Assembly: GCA_947589645.1 (NCBI GenBank)
Contig: CANQCG010000003.1
Span: forward strand, 3,891 to 67,890
Direction: 5' to 3'
DNA: 64,000 bases
From: an uncultured Clostridia bacterium
Lineage (GTDB): Bacteria > Bacillota > Clostridia > TANB77 > CAG-508
The position numbers and the translations under genes were made by a program. This document shows, in pieces, positions 28,379 to 37,960 of the stretch. Every line of letters begins with the position of its first letter. The first letter of the stretch is position 1. The notes beneath the pieces are model-generated. The model saw nothing but the letters and a program-made list of their open reading frames with translations, did not search any database and was not told where the DNA came from.

Positions 28379-29656
28379 TTATTTTAAATTTTCCTGTGAT
28401 GGAAATAATAAAATTTCATCATATAATTTTATTTTTTTATAAGATTTTATCTCATCTTGCGATAAACCTAATTCTGTTAATTCCTCTGTACTATATGGCG
28501 AAACTATTGAATAATTTTCATTTTTATTAACTATTTTTACTAATAGTTTTGTCATATTTGATCCTGTTCTTATTAAGTAAGACAAACCTTTTTCGTCTTC
28601 GATTATGGCTTTATTTGGCACTTTTAGTCCCGAATCACTCCACCATATTAGTTCAAATGATATTTTTCGATAATTTATAAGTTTTTCTGTCATTCTATCT
28701 ATTTTTAGTATTAAAACTCTTCTATTTTCTTCTTCGTTTATATGTGCAATTTCTGATTTTATTTCATCATTTGTTGATAGTCTTATTGTTACTTTATCTC
28801 CAATTTTTGCATTCATAGCTTCTGTTGAATCTACAGATGTAGCTATATAATAAATAAAATTGTCTATAACTTTTCCTGCTTCTCCACTCGTTGCTATTAT
28901 TTGTCCTGTTTTTAAATTCAAATTTTCTAAGTAAGCTGTAGTAAGCTTATTAAAATCTTCTGTGGTTAACTCATCTTCTAAATTATCTACCCTATAAGAT
29001 ACTACTCCACTTATTGGTGCAGTAAGATATTTTGTGCTATTTCGTATTTGCTGGCTTAATGAATTACGTTCATTTATTAACTGTTTTAGTTCATTTGTGG
29101 TACCAGTTATTTCTCCTAATGTAGATATTTTCTTTTCTAACAAATTTTTAATTGTTTTACTATATTCCGTTATTTCTTGAATATTATTTAGTTTTCTTAA
29201 AGTTTCTAGTTGACTTTCTATTTGATTTTCTATTAATTTTATATCTGAGTTTGATGCTATTTTTTTGTCTTTTAATTGTTCTTGTATTTGTAAATCTATT
29301 TCATCTATTTTTTTTGATATTTCTTTTGTTTCATCACTATAATATTGAAAAATGGCTTCATCCTTATGTACCTTTTCTCCCTCGCCTGCTATTTGTACAA
29401 TTCCGTTTTGATATTCTTCATTTTTTATTACTTTTTCGTTTCTTATAATGTAGCCCAGTACACTTTCCTCTTCGTGTATAGTTCCTTGCTCAACAAAAAA
29501 TGTGTCTGTGCCATCCGCATTTAGCAGTAATACTGCATATAATATATAGCCAATGGCTGCAATTATTATTAATGCAATAAATACTTTATTTCTGTTTATT
29601 TTTGAGTGTGAGCTTTTTTCTCCTTTAGCTATTTTTTTCTTACTTTTTTCTTTCAA
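28379..29656 (-). CDS. HlyD-like membrane-fusion/adaptor-type protein (architecture only)
   Basis: 425 aa. N-terminal TM VFIALIIIAAIGYILYAVLLL, long coiled coil, beta-rich C-terminus. TTG start with GGAGG 6 nt upstream. Confidence 0.45.
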   Translation of the reverse strand: MKEKSKKKIAKGEKSSHSKINRNKVFIALIIIAAIGYILYAVLLLNADGTDTFFVEQGTIHEEESVLGYIIRNEKVIKNEEYQNGIVQIAGEGEKVHKDEAIFQYYSDETKEISKKIDEIDLQIQEQLKDKKIASNSDIKLIENQIESQLETLRKLNNIQEITEYSKTIKNLLEKKISTLGEITGTTNELKQLINERNSLSQQIRNSTKYLTAPISGVVSYRVDNLEDELTTEDFNKLTTAYLENLNLKTGQIIATSGEAGKVIDNFIYYIATSVDSTEAMNAKIGDKVTIRLSTNDEIKSEIAHINEEENRRVLILKIDRMTEKLINYRKISFELIWWSDSGLKVPNKAIIEDEKGLSYLIRTGSNMTKLLVKIVNKNENYSIVSPYSTEELTELGLSQDEIKSYKKIKLYDEILLFPSQENLK

Positions 29657-29689
29657 TTTAAGCCTCCAATTAGATTTTTAAACTTCTTA

Positions 29690-30610
29690 TTAGCTCATAT
29701 AACTTATTATTTGACTTACATTGTATTCTTTGTCTTTCGTTGCGTCTAGCCATATTGTCTGCTTGTTTTTTCTAAACCATGTTAATTGTCTTTTTGCATA
29801 TCTACGTGTTTCCATTTTTATTTTTTCTATCATTTCTTCTTTTGTTACTTTTCCTTCAAGGTATTCTACTACCTCTTTATAGCCTAGACCTTGCATCGCT
29901 GTTGGAAATTTATTATATTTTTCTTTTAGCTTTTTAACTTCCTCTATAAGCCCTTTTTCTATCATTTGGTCTACTCTAAGGTTTATTCTATTATATAGAA
30001 TTTCTCTTTCCATGTTTAATGCAAAAACTTTATAATCGTATTTAACGCCTTTTTTTCTTGATTCTACTTCTTGCTCGGTTTTGGTTTTACCTGTTGCTTT
30101 GTAAATTTCAAGCACTCTGCATATTCTTTTTCTATCGTTTGGGCTTATCTTTTGCATAGCTTGCTTATCTATTTTCAAAGCCATTTCGTATAATTTTTGA
30201 GTTCCTTGTTCTTGTGCTATTTTGTCTAGCTCGTTTCTATAGTCTTCATCTATTTGCATATCAGTATATTCTATACCATATATAAGTGCATCTATATATA
30301 AGCCTGTACCACCTACTATTATTGGAGTTTTTTTCTTTTTCAATATTTCTTCTATTGCATTAGTCGCATCCATTTTGTATTGTGCTACACTGTATCTGGT
30401 ATCTGGCTCTACAAAATCTAATAAGTAATGCTTAATTCCTTGCATTTCTTCCCTATCTGGTTTTGCTGTTCCAATGTCCATATCTTTATAAATTTGCATT
30501 GAATCTGCTGATATTATTTCCCCATTTATTTTTTTGGCAAGCTCAATTGATAATACTGTTTTTCCTGATGCAGTTGGCCCGCAAATCACAATTACTTTAG
30601 GTTTTTGCAT
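29690..30610 (-). CDS. miaA: tRNA dimethylallyltransferase
   Basis: 306 aa. P-loop GPTASGKT, IVGGTGLY, RQLTWFR. Confidence 0.95.
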   Translation of the reverse strand: MQKPKVIVICGPTASGKTVLSIELAKKINGEIISADSMQIYKDMDIGTAKPDREEMQGIKHYLLDFVEPDTRYSVAQYKMDATNAIEEILKKKKTPIIVGGTGLYIDALIYGIEYTDMQIDEDYRNELDKIAQEQGTQKLYEMALKIDKQAMQKISPNDRKRICRVLEIYKATGKTKTEQEVESRKKGVKYDYKVFALNMEREILYNRINLRVDQMIEKGLIEEVKKLKEKYNKFPTAMQGLGYKEVVEYLEGKVTKEEMIEKIKMETRRYAKRQLTWFRKNKQTIWLDATKDKEYNVSQIISYMS

Positions 30611-30621
30611 AGTTCTTCCTC

Positions 30622-32679
30622 TTATTTTCTCGCAAATTTTCTTTCTATCTCATACTTTGTCATTTTAATTGAAGTAGGTCTTCCATGTGGGCAAGTAAAT
30701 GGATTTGGTAACTCTAATAATTCATCCATTAAACTCTTTACCTCTTTTTCATCTAATGCCATATGTGCCTTTACTGCTGCTTTGCATGCTACTGTTGCTA
30801 TAAATCTTTCTTCAATTTCCTGTTTTGCTGTTCTACCTAGTGCTGTTATTTCATCTAGAGTTTCTAAAAACATTTCTTTTGTTTCTAAGTCTAAACACAT
30901 TTCAGGTACACCTGATAATTTTATTGTGTTTTCTCCGAATTCTTCTACCATAAAGCCTGCTTTTTCGAACATATCCATATTTTCTTTTGCTACTTCCATT
31001 TCCTTATGTGTAAGTGTAATTATGTCTGGTAAAAGCATTAGTTGTGATTCTTTTTCTCCACCACTATAATAATTTTTCTTTACTTTTTCGTATAAAATTC
31101 TTTCGTGTGCTGCATGCTGGTCTATTATGTACATTTCGTCTTTAATTTCTATTATTATATATGTATTAAACACAATTCCTACAATTTTGTACTCTGGTTT
31201 TTGATATTCTGGCATGTTTTCGAATATGTTTGCATTGTTTTCTTCTATATTTTTATATGGTAGTGTTCCAAATGCTTTTACATACATTTCTTCATATGTA
31301 TATTCTTTTTCTTCATTTGCTTCACTTATTACAGATGAATTTTCTTCGCTCGTTTCTTGGTTTTCTGGATATTTATTTTCATCATCTATTGTTTGAATAT
31401 TTTCTGCTGTCTCTTGATTCTCAGAAGATTCATTTTCTAAATCTACTTGCTCTGTATTAATTGCTTCATCCTCATTTAAAGTATTGTTTTCGTCGTTTTT
31501 ATCCTCATTTTCTTTTACAGCTTTTGGTTTCTCAAATTTTTCTGTAATAGCTTGCAAATAGCCTTCTTTTGGAAATTGAAATTTTAATCCAAAAGGCTTT
31601 TTAGGAATTGGTGGTATAGTAGATTCTACTATATTTTCATTTTGTGATACTACATTTTCTGTTTTTTGATATAATGAATTGTTTTCAAAACTTCCTTTTA
31701 ATAAGCTATCTTTTATTGCATGATATACTGCTTTAAAAATTTTGTCTTCATTTTCAAACCTTACCTCTAATTTGGCTGGATGAACATTAACATCTACTTG
31801 ACTAGGATTCATTTCAATATTTAAACTTAAAAATGCAAATTTTCCTATTGGAATTGAGCCTTTAAATGCTTGTTCTGTTGCAGCTTGTAAGGTTCTATCT
31901 TTTATGTATCTTTTATTTATAAAAAATATTTGATTAGACCTATTAGATCTTGCTATTTCTGGTTTTCCTATTACACCAGTTATTTTTATATCATCATACT
32001 GATAATCAACATCTATAAGCTTGTCCGAAATATCTTTTCCATATATACTGTATATTACAGTTTTTAAGTCTCCGTTTCCATTTGTTTGTATTATTGTTTT
32101 TCCTGTATTTATTAGTTTTATAGCAATCTCTGGGTGTACTTGGGCTATTCTATCCATGGTTTCTTCTATATAGCCTGATTCTGTATAATCTTTCTTTAGA
32201 AACTTATATCTAACAGGCGTATTATAAAATAAATTTCTTACAGTTATAGAAGTACCTGTTGGGCATCCTTCTACATCTTTAGATAGTACATTACCACCTT
32301 CTACAACAACCTTATCGCCTATATCTTGGTCCGCTGTTTTTGATATTAGTTCTACATTTGCTATTGCTGCAATACTTGCTAATGCCTCACCTCTAAACCC
32401 CATTGATTTTACAACATCTAAATCGGCAGCTGATCTTATTTTGCTTGTTGCATGCCTTTCAAAAGCCATTTCTAAATCATCTGAAGCTATACCCTTTCCA
32501 TTGTCTGTAACACGAATATATGATATACCACCATTTTTTATTTCAACAGTTATGTTTGTGGCTCCAGCATCTATAGAATTTTCTACCATTTCTTTTACTA
32601 CGGAAGCAGGCCTTTCTATAACTTCACCTGCTGCTATTTTATTTATTGTAAGCTCATCTAATAATACTATATTTCCCAT
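30622..32679 (-). CDS. mutL: DNA mismatch repair endonuclease MutL
   Basis: 685 aa. GHKL N-terminus VVKEMVENSIDAGA; endonuclease motif IIDQHAAHERILYE; C-terminal CPHGRP. Confidence 0.95.
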   Translation of the reverse strand: MGNIVLLDELTINKIAAGEVIERPASVVKEMVENSIDAGATNITVEIKNGGISYIRVTDNGKGIASDDLEMAFERHATSKIRSAADLDVVKSMGFRGEALASIAAIANVELISKTADQDIGDKVVVEGGNVLSKDVEGCPTGTSITVRNLFYNTPVRYKFLKKDYTESGYIEETMDRIAQVHPEIAIKLINTGKTIIQTNGNGDLKTVIYSIYGKDISDKLIDVDYQYDDIKITGVIGKPEIARSNRSNQIFFINKRYIKDRTLQAATEQAFKGSIPIGKFAFLSLNIEMNPSQVDVNVHPAKLEVRFENEDKIFKAVYHAIKDSLLKGSFENNSLYQKTENVVSQNENIVESTIPPIPKKPFGLKFQFPKEGYLQAITEKFEKPKAVKENEDKNDENNTLNEDEAINTEQVDLENESSENQETAENIQTIDDENKYPENQETSEENSSVISEANEEKEYTYEEMYVKAFGTLPYKNIEENNANIFENMPEYQKPEYKIVGIVFNTYIIIEIKDEMYIIDQHAAHERILYEKVKKNYYSGGEKESQLMLLPDIITLTHKEMEVAKENMDMFEKAGFMVEEFGENTIKLSGVPEMCLDLETKEMFLETLDEITALGRTAKQEIEERFIATVACKAAVKAHMALDEKEVKSLMDELLELPNPFTCPHGRPTSIKMTKYEIERKFARK

Positions 32680-32682
32680 TTT

Positions 32683-34173
32683 TTAAAAATGTTTCCCTTT
32701 CCTTTTCTCTCTTTTTGGTTTATCTTCTTCCTCAAAGATATCTCCTTCTAATGCGTTATTTTCATCAGTATCTTGCTCTGCTACATTTTCTTGCGTAAAA
32801 TCATCTTGCATAAAGTCTTCTTGCATCACACTTCTTTGAATAGGGTGTTCCATATTATTTGTATCATCTAAGTTTTGATTTATATCATCATCTATACTTT
32901 CATTTGTAATATCGTCTACATTGTAATTCATATCTTGGTTTATATATTGATTTGTGTTTTGTGGCATTGGTGTATCTGGGTATGCACCAAAATCATAGTC
33001 TTCATCTTCTTCATCGTATTCTTCATATTCATTTCTGTGTTTCAATATTAATACTACTATTAATCCTATAACTGATACTGCAAGTATAACAGCAAATATT
33101 ATTACCCCTCTTGTTGCTGCTTTGTTTCCAGCTTTTAGCATTTCATCTGTTTTGGTTAAATCTGCTGTGTTTTTAAATGTTGTAATTTGATATGTAGCCA
33201 CTTCATTTATAGAATTATATACAGTTATTGTTATTAAATTTTCGCCTTCTTTTAAATTTTCATTTCCTGCTATTGATATCTTTCCATCTTCTGTAAGTGC
33301 TACTGCATTTATGTCTAAAGCACTTATGTCTTCTTCTACTATTACTCTATATTCATATACATTTGGAGTAAATTCTGGTGTTAATGTTAGTCCTGCAATT
33401 TCTAAACTTTTTAAGCCATTGGTTATATCTATTGGTCCGTCTTCATTTGTCTCTGTTGGGTCCTCTTGCTTAGGCTCTTCTGTTGTTGGTTGTTCTTGCA
33501 CTGGTGTTTCTACCTGTGGCTTTTCTTCAGCTGGTTTGGTGGTGGTTAATAATGAAGAGCTAATATATGCTATTTTTCCATTATATATTACTCTACTCCA
33601 TCCGTTATCACCTTTTCCCGTTCTTGTTAAAGAAGTTCCTTTATTTAAAATGCCTATGCTCTTACTAGAAGTACTATAACTCTCTCTTACATTAACACCA
33701 TTTCCATTAATATATACTGTCTCATTTACGTTAGTAAACTTTGGTTCTACAGGCTTTGGATCTATAGGCTTTTGTGGATCTTGTGTTGTTGGTGGAGTTT
33801 CTACTTTGTTTACTTTAACAGCAACAGTAGTATTTACTTTATCTACCTTTTGATTAACATCTGTAATATCACCTTCAAGAATAAAATTTAAATTTCCTTC
33901 TTGCGTTGCTTTATAATTAGCTGTTATTGTTTTAGTTATATTGCTTTCGTAATTATCTAATTCTGATGAAGTCGCTAGTGTAGTTCCATTTAAAGTTATT
34001 TTTAAATCCCATTGAGCAGCTGTAACTGTTGCTGTAACTGTTATCGTATCTCCTACATTTACTTCTGAGCTGTTTGGTTTAAAATTTACATTCGCTGCCT
34101 CTACTTTATTTTGCATACCTAATAACGCAATGATAATTATTAATAAAATTATAAATTTAAATGTTTTCTTCAT
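32683..34173 (-). CDS. Type I membrane surface protein: signal peptide, Ig-like region, SH3b, cadherin-like beta-sandwich, TM, acidic cytoplasmic tail
   Basis: 496 aa. Signal MKKTFKFIILLIIIIALLGMQNKVEA; SH3b VNVRESYSTSSKSIGILNKGTSLTRTGKGDNGWSRVIY; LSLEIAGLTLTPEFTPNVYEYRV (cadherin-like); TM GVIIFAVILAVSVIGLIVVLIL. Confidence 0.6.
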   Translation of the reverse strand: MKKTFKFIILLIIIIALLGMQNKVEAANVNFKPNSSEVNVGDTITVTATVTAAQWDLKITLNGTTLATSSELDNYESNITKTITANYKATQEGNLNFILEGDITDVNQKVDKVNTTVAVKVNKVETPPTTQDPQKPIDPKPVEPKFTNVNETVYINGNGVNVRESYSTSSKSIGILNKGTSLTRTGKGDNGWSRVIYNGKIAYISSSLLTTTKPAEEKPQVETPVQEQPTTEEPKQEDPTETNEDGPIDITNGLKSLEIAGLTLTPEFTPNVYEYRVIVEEDISALDINAVALTEDGKISIAGNENLKEGENLITITVYNSINEVATYQITTFKNTADLTKTDEMLKAGNKAATRGVIIFAVILAVSVIGLIVVLILKHRNEYEEYDEEDEDYDFGAYPDTPMPQNTNQYINQDMNYNVDDITNESIDDDINQNLDDTNNMEHPIQRSVMQEDFMQDDFTQENVAEQDTDENNALEGDIFEEEDKPKREKRKGKHF

Positions 34174-34223
34174 TGTTTTTATTCCTCTTTATAAATTTAG
34201 ATTTATTTATAAATCTATAAACT

Positions 34224-36023
34224 TTACTTTTGTAACGAAATATATTTAACATCTTTTATATGTTGTTTTGCTATTAAAGAATCTCCTGAGTTTACTTCTC
34301 CATCTCCATTAATATCTGCTGCCTCTATATATACTTCTTCTGAAAATTTTTTTACTTCTTTAATATGCTGTTTTATTGCTAAAGTATCTCCTGAATTAAC
34401 TTCTCCATCTCCATTAACATCCCCAAGCATTACTACTGTATAAGTTCCATTTATTTTGCATCCTGTACCCATGTGTGCATTTTTGTCTAATTTATTTCCG
34501 TCTTTATCTGTAATTGTTACATTGTCTCCTACTAAATTAAGAATTTCCTCTACTGTAGCACTTGGAGTTACTGTTACTTGCTTTACGTCTTCTTCTATTT
34601 TTATTTTTTCTTCACTTCCACTTGGCAATTTTTCGCCTGGCTTAAATGGATTATCCATTGGTGGCTCAGGGTCTTGCTTTGGTGGTTCTTCTGGTACTGT
34701 TGGTTCTTGTGGAATTGAATCTAAACTTGTGTTCCTTTCTGCAACCGGGATCAAATATAATTTATATTCTGATTCATAATCATACGTTTCTCTAGCCACA
34801 TATGCAATTGTTCCGCTTGATTTCATTACTTTATCCCAATATGTACCATTTACTTTTTGTGTTGCTTGTTCTAATCTTGTTACTATTTCGTTTGCATATA
34901 GGCTCGTGCCAGAAATAACTTCACCAGCTGGTGATTTTCTTAATGCTATAGTTTGCCTTACATTTACTCTAACTAAATCTGTTATTAAAGTATTTATTGT
35001 TTTTGTAGTTGAAGGCTTTCCCTGCGCTACTTTTGGTGTGTTCTCATAAAGTGGTATTATAAAAGTATAGTTTGAATCTATTGCATTTATGTCTTCAAAT
35101 GCTTTTCTAATTGTTACTCCTTCGTTTTGAGCTGCTAATATGTTTTGTTGATATTGATGCCAGTATAATTGTCCATCTGAGTTTTCTACGTCGAATTTTT
35201 TAAAATATAAAGTGTTTTGTCCTCTTCCTAAATAACTTTTAGATATTTGTTGTACTCCTCCATCAATTGATTTTTCTAGAGTGTCCCAACCTTTGTTCTT
35301 TGCATAAGAAAGAGCATTTCGTATTATAGTGTCATTACCATTTCCGCTTGCATTTATATTAAATACATTATAGTATCCTTGATAACCTGGGTAATTTCCA
35401 GAAGCCGTTGAGCTTCCTCCTCTTCCTTGTTCTTGTATTCCTAATGCTACAATATAATATGGACTTACATTATAGCTTTTTCCTGCTGATATTATAGCAT
35501 TTATATAACTTTCTCTGTCTAAAAATGTACCTGCTACCATCTTTTGAATGTTCTCATAAGTTGCTTCTTGATATGTTAATTCCATAAATTGAAATACATC
35601 TGAATTATTTATAGAATTCCTTGCATCCATCATATATTGTATTGTTGTTTCTGATGCACAACGCCAAGTACCATTATCATAATACCTATCTCTTCCACAA
35701 GATAAACATATCCAATCTCCTTCACACTTTGCGGTTGCTGGCACTAAATTTTTTGGTGAACCTTCGTGTCCCATATATTCATAAGCTATTACTTCTTTCC
35801 AATTTAAACCTGTGTAAAGTATTTTAAAATTCCAGTTTGGGTGGTCTCCTTTTAACTCTTGCAACATTTTCTTTACTCCTGGATATTTTTGCTCATTTAT
35901 ACTTTCTATGTCTGTGCTTACTATTTGATTTACAGCTTGTACAGGTTTTGTCATTATTAAATTAATTCCTATTAATGTTAATATAAATATTGCTGTTAAT
36001 ATTAACTTTTTCTTCAATTGCAT
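34224..36023 (-). CDS. Secreted glucosaminidase-like (GH73-type) peptidoglycan hydrolase with SH3b-like region and C-terminal type I dockerin
   Basis: 599 aa. Signal peptide. Glucosaminidase-like block YNVSPYYIVALGIQEQGRGGS. Duplicated dockerin Ca-binding segments DVNGDGEVNSGD and DINGDGEVNSGD. Confidence 0.65.
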   Translation of the reverse strand: MQLKKKLILTAIFILTLIGINLIMTKPVQAVNQIVSTDIESINEQKYPGVKKMLQELKGDHPNWNFKILYTGLNWKEVIAYEYMGHEGSPKNLVPATAKCEGDWICLSCGRDRYYDNGTWRCASETTIQYMMDARNSINNSDVFQFMELTYQEATYENIQKMVAGTFLDRESYINAIISAGKSYNVSPYYIVALGIQEQGRGGSSTASGNYPGYQGYYNVFNINASGNGNDTIIRNALSYAKNKGWDTLEKSIDGGVQQISKSYLGRGQNTLYFKKFDVENSDGQLYWHQYQQNILAAQNEGVTIRKAFEDINAIDSNYTFIIPLYENTPKVAQGKPSTTKTINTLITDLVRVNVRQTIALRKSPAGEVISGTSLYANEIVTRLEQATQKVNGTYWDKVMKSSGTIAYVARETYDYESEYKLYLIPVAERNTSLDSIPQEPTVPEEPPKQDPEPPMDNPFKPGEKLPSGSEEKIKIEEDVKQVTVTPSATVEEILNLVGDNVTITDKDGNKLDKNAHMGTGCKINGTYTVVMLGDVNGDGEVNSGDTLAIKQHIKEVKKFSEEVYIEAADINGDGEVNSGDSLIAKQHIKDVKYISLQK

Positions 36024-36210
36024 CTTTTTCTCCTTTACTTTTGTATTTTTTTGCCAATTTTACATTATAAGTATATCATTTATAAATTTTATAAGTCAAT
36101 ATGATTTAATTGTTTTTATATTAAATTTTTATGACAAAATATGCTGTTTTTTGTAATATTTTATTAATTTCATATGGTAAATTTGTTAGAAAACTTTTTG
36201 CAAAAGCTCC

Positions 36211-36234
36211 AAAAATAGGTGCCCATTGGGCACC
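36211..36234 (-). terminator. Intrinsic terminator after fabI
   Basis: GC-rich stem GGUGCCC-AAU-GGGCACC followed by UAUUUUUGG. Confidence 0.7.
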
Positions 36235-36252
36235 CTCTTTTTATTTTAATTA

Positions 36253-37026
36253 TTATATTCCCATTATGTTATATCCATTATCTGCATATATTACCTGACC
36301 TGTTATACTATCAGACATTGAGCTTAATAAAAATGTTGCTACATTGCCAACTTGCGTAGTTGTAACATTTTTGTGTAATGGGGCTTTTTCTTCTATTACA
36401 GTTAAAATAGAATTAAAATCTTTTATTCCCTTTGAAGACAAAGTCTTTATTGGTCCTGCTGATAAAGCATTTACTCTTATTCCATCTCTACCTAGATTTT
36501 CTGCTAAGTATCTTGTACTTGCTTCCAATGCTGCTTTTGCTACTCCCATAACATTATAGCCTTCTAATACTTTTGTAGATCCATGATATGTTAATGTTAC
36601 TAAACTAGCGTTTTCATTTAGCATATCTAACTCTTTAGCCATTCTTGCCACTAAAACAAATGAATAGCTACTTACATCACATGCATGTGCATAACCTTCT
36701 TTGCTTGTATAGATAAAATCGTTATGCAAATCTTCTGTATTTGCATGCGCTATTGCATGTACTATTCCATCTATTTTTCCATTTTCTTCTTTTATTTTTG
36801 TAAATACTTCTTTTACTAACTCATCTTCTGAAGCACCATCTAACACATAAGCTTTGCTTCCTTTGAATTCTGATATTAGTTCTTCTATTTTAGACTTATT
36901 TTCCTCACCCATATATGTAAATAATAATTCTGCTCCATTTTCATAAGCTGATTTTGCTATTCCAAATGCAATACTCCATTTATTTCTAATTCCCATTATT
37001 AATATTTTCTTTCCTTTTAATAGCAT
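36253..37026 (-). CDS. fabI: Enoyl-ACP reductase (NADH), FabI type
   Basis: 257 aa. GKKILIMGIRNKWSIAFGIAKS; Tyr/Lys catalytic region YNVMGVAKAALE. Confidence 0.85.
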   Translation of the reverse strand: MLLKGKKILIMGIRNKWSIAFGIAKSAYENGAELLFTYMGEENKSKIEELISEFKGSKAYVLDGASEDELVKEVFTKIKEENGKIDGIVHAIAHANTEDLHNDFIYTSKEGYAHACDVSSYSFVLVARMAKELDMLNENASLVTLTYHGSTKVLEGYNVMGVAKAALEASTRYLAENLGRDGIRVNALSAGPIKTLSSKGIKDFNSILTVIEEKAPLHKNVTTTQVGNVATFLLSSMSDSITGQVIYADNGYNIMGI

Positions 37027-37098
37027 TTTTTACCTCCTAATATTTTTTATTTAAGCAAGTACTTTGTAATACTATTTGTCACTTGCTAAAGTACATAG

Positions 37099-37909
37099 TT
37101 ATATAATTTTTTTGTTTATTAAAGCATTTTCTCCCATCATTCTAAATTTGTTATATCTATCTTCTACTATTTCTTCTCGTGATAACTTTTGCATTTCTTT
37201 AGTTAAATTTGTAATTTCTTTTCTTAACTCTTTTGATATTTTATCAAATGCTCCATCTCCCCTTGGCTCTTTTATTATTTTATCTATAATTTTTAAATCA
37301 TACAAATCTTTAGCTGTTAACCTCATTTTTTCTGCCGCTTCTTTTGCCTTAGATGAATCTTTCCATAAAATGCTTGCATAACCCTCTGGAGATAATATTG
37401 AGTAAATGGCATTTTCTAACATCAATACTTTGTTTCCAACACCTATTGCCAATGCTCCTCCACTTGAGCCTTCTCCTATAACTATTGATATTATTGGAAC
37501 TTTAAGTCCTGCCATTTTTAGCATTGAACTTGCAATTGCTTCTCCGTTGTCCTCTTTCTTCTGCACCAATTCCTGGGTATGCTCCTTTTGTATCTATAAA
37601 AGTTATTACTGGTCTTTTAAATTTTTCTGCCTGACTCATAAATCTTATTGCTTTTCTATAGCTTTCTGGGTTTGGCATTCCAAAGTTTCTTTCTATATTT
37701 TCTTTGGTTGTTCTCCCTTTTTGCTCTGCTATTACTGTAAAGTTTTGTTTTCCGATTTTTGCTAAACCACATACCATTGCTTTATCATCTTTAAAACATC
37801 TATCTCCATGTAATTCTATAAAGCTATCAAATACATTTTGTATATAGTCAAGTGCAGTTTTTCTAGTTTGACTTCTTGCAATTTCTACTTTTTGCCACGC
37901 TGTGTTCAC
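37099..37909 (-). pseudogene. accA: Acetyl-CoA carboxylase carboxyltransferase alpha subunit, interrupted by a +1 frameshift near 37546
   Basis: Two overlapping ORFs. 37502-37909 ends ...[11 protein letters not shown] then goes out of frame. 37099-37569 continues [35 protein letters not shown]. Minus-strand DNA reads GGA CAA C GGA GAA GCA, so one extra base lies between the conserved ERGQ and EAIA blocks. Confidence 0.8.
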
Positions 37910-37960
37910 TTTCTTTTCTCCTTTCTGTTTATTTTTTATGATTTATATTGCTTCTTACAT

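Noticed and set aside
37044-37082. FapR/FabT-type operator or terminator between accA and fabI (AGCAAGT...ACTTGCT, AGTAC...TACT)
   Set aside because: The stem is short (7 bp) with a 20-nt loop, no U-tract follows, similarity to known FapR/FabT boxes is only superficial, and no regulator gene is in the window.
37502-37569. Treating the two accA ORFs as separate small genes
   Set aside because: Together they reconstitute a single colinear AccA, with the junction falling exactly between conserved adjacent blocks. The C-terminal ORF has no SD of its own, and its start is an artefactual GTG.
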